DNA of 64,000 nt, from contig ML978125.1 in NCBI GenBank assembly GCA_010015805.1, forward strand, positions 806,001-870,000, in the 5' to 3' direction. This DNA comes from Rhizodiscina lignyota. Taxonomy: Eukaryota. Each line of letters starts with the position of its first letter. Position 1 is the first letter of the stretch. Positions 62,929 to 64,000 of the stretch are shown one piece after another. The notes beneath the pieces are model-generated. The model saw nothing but the letters and a program-made list of their open reading frames with translations. It did no database searches and was not told where the DNA came from. Both the position numbers and the translations under genes were made by a program.

Positions 62929-64000
62929 ATGTCCATAGACTTCCCGAAAGAAGAGGAGCGCGTCCTCAAGCAGTGGAAGGAAATCGACGCCTTTCGCCGC
63001 CAGGTCGAGCTCTCGAAGGGCCAAAAACCGTACACCTTCTACGATGGACCGCCATTCGCAACTGGCTTGCCTCACTACGGGCATTTGCTTGCCTCGACCA
63101 TCAAAGATATCATACCCAGATACTGGTCCATGAAGGGCCGGTACGTCGAGAGGCGATTCGGATGGGATACGCATGGCCTGCCCATCGAGTATGAGATTGA
63201 CAAGAGATTCGACAAGAGCGCGAAAGACTTGGTGGCGGAGATTGGAATCGAGAAATACAATGCGGAGTGCAGGGCGATCGTCATGAGGTTTGCGGAGGAG
63301 TGGAGGCAGACTATCGATAGGCTGGGGAGGTGGATCGACTTTGACAACGACTACAAGGCATGTACGGCCGCAATTTCGATGGAAATGTAAAGCTAACTGA
63401 GACTTCTAGACCATGGACCCGAAGTTCATGGAGTCTGTGTGGTGGGTCTTCAAGCAGCTGTATGACAAGGACAAGGTGTATCAAGGCTACAGAGTCATGC
63501 CTTTCTCGACAGCTTTGAATACTCCTCTCAGCAATTTCGAGGCACAGCAGAATTACAAGGACGCGCAAGACCCAGCTGTAGTCGTCACGTTCCCTCTTCT
63601 CAACGACCCTCAGACATGCCTGCTCGCATGGACGACAACGCCATGGACACTTCCTATGCACACAGGCCTCGCTGCCCACCCCGATTTCGAGTACGTCAAG
63701 ATTCACGACGAAGCTTCTGGAAAGAACTACATATTGCTGGAGGCGTTACTCCGTACCTTGTACAAGGACCCCAAAAAGGCGAAGTTCAAGGTATTGGAGA
63801 AGTTCAAGGGCACAGAAATGCTGGGCTGGCAGTATGAGCCGCTATTCGACTATTTCTACGAAAAGTTTAAAGATGTCGGCTTCCGAGTATTCAATGCGAA
63901 GTATGTTACTGCCGACAGCGGTACAGGCATAGTCCATCAGGCGCCGGCGTATGGAGAAGAAGATTACAACGTCGCGATGAACGCAGGCGTCATTAGCAGG
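62929..64000 (+). CDS. ILS1: Cytosolic isoleucyl-tRNA synthetase (5' part, runs off the window)
   Basis: [16 protein letters not shown] (HIGH-type), [48 protein letters not shown]. Confidence 0.96.

Overview
Intron-containing filamentous ascomycete DNA (Pezizomycotina-type; short GT-AG introns with CTAAC/CTAAT branch points). It holds about 25 protein-coding genes. From 40 kb to the end is a dense housekeeping block: ATP3, TOP1, TAF2, NOP14, an ERG10-type thiolase, USO1, RAT1 and the 5' part of ILS1. The left 40 kb has a hybrid histidine kinase, an OSM1-like fumarate reductase-cytochrome b5 and many accessory genes. Main highlights: (1) A three-gene unit (transaldolase-fold enzyme, Zn2Cys6 regulator, NAD-type SDR) in which the 'transaldolase' has aldolase-type residues (Gln/Tyr) and lacks both phosphate-binding arginines, suggesting a non-phosphorylative polyol/ketose cleavage pathway. 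(2) A four-exon, ~120-aa secreted 10-Cys protein that the ORF track misses, lying beside a HET-domain pseudogene disrupted by a 252-bp TA-flanked MITE. (3) A CYP55/P450nor homologue lacking the Thr243 and Asp393 equivalents. (4) A ~165-bp repeat family with one copy at the window start and three tandem copies 45 kb away. (5) A TupA-like binding protein without a signal peptide and a PGAP4-like glycosyltransferase. Exon boundaries were read by eye, and family assignments rest on remembered motifs, not on database searches.
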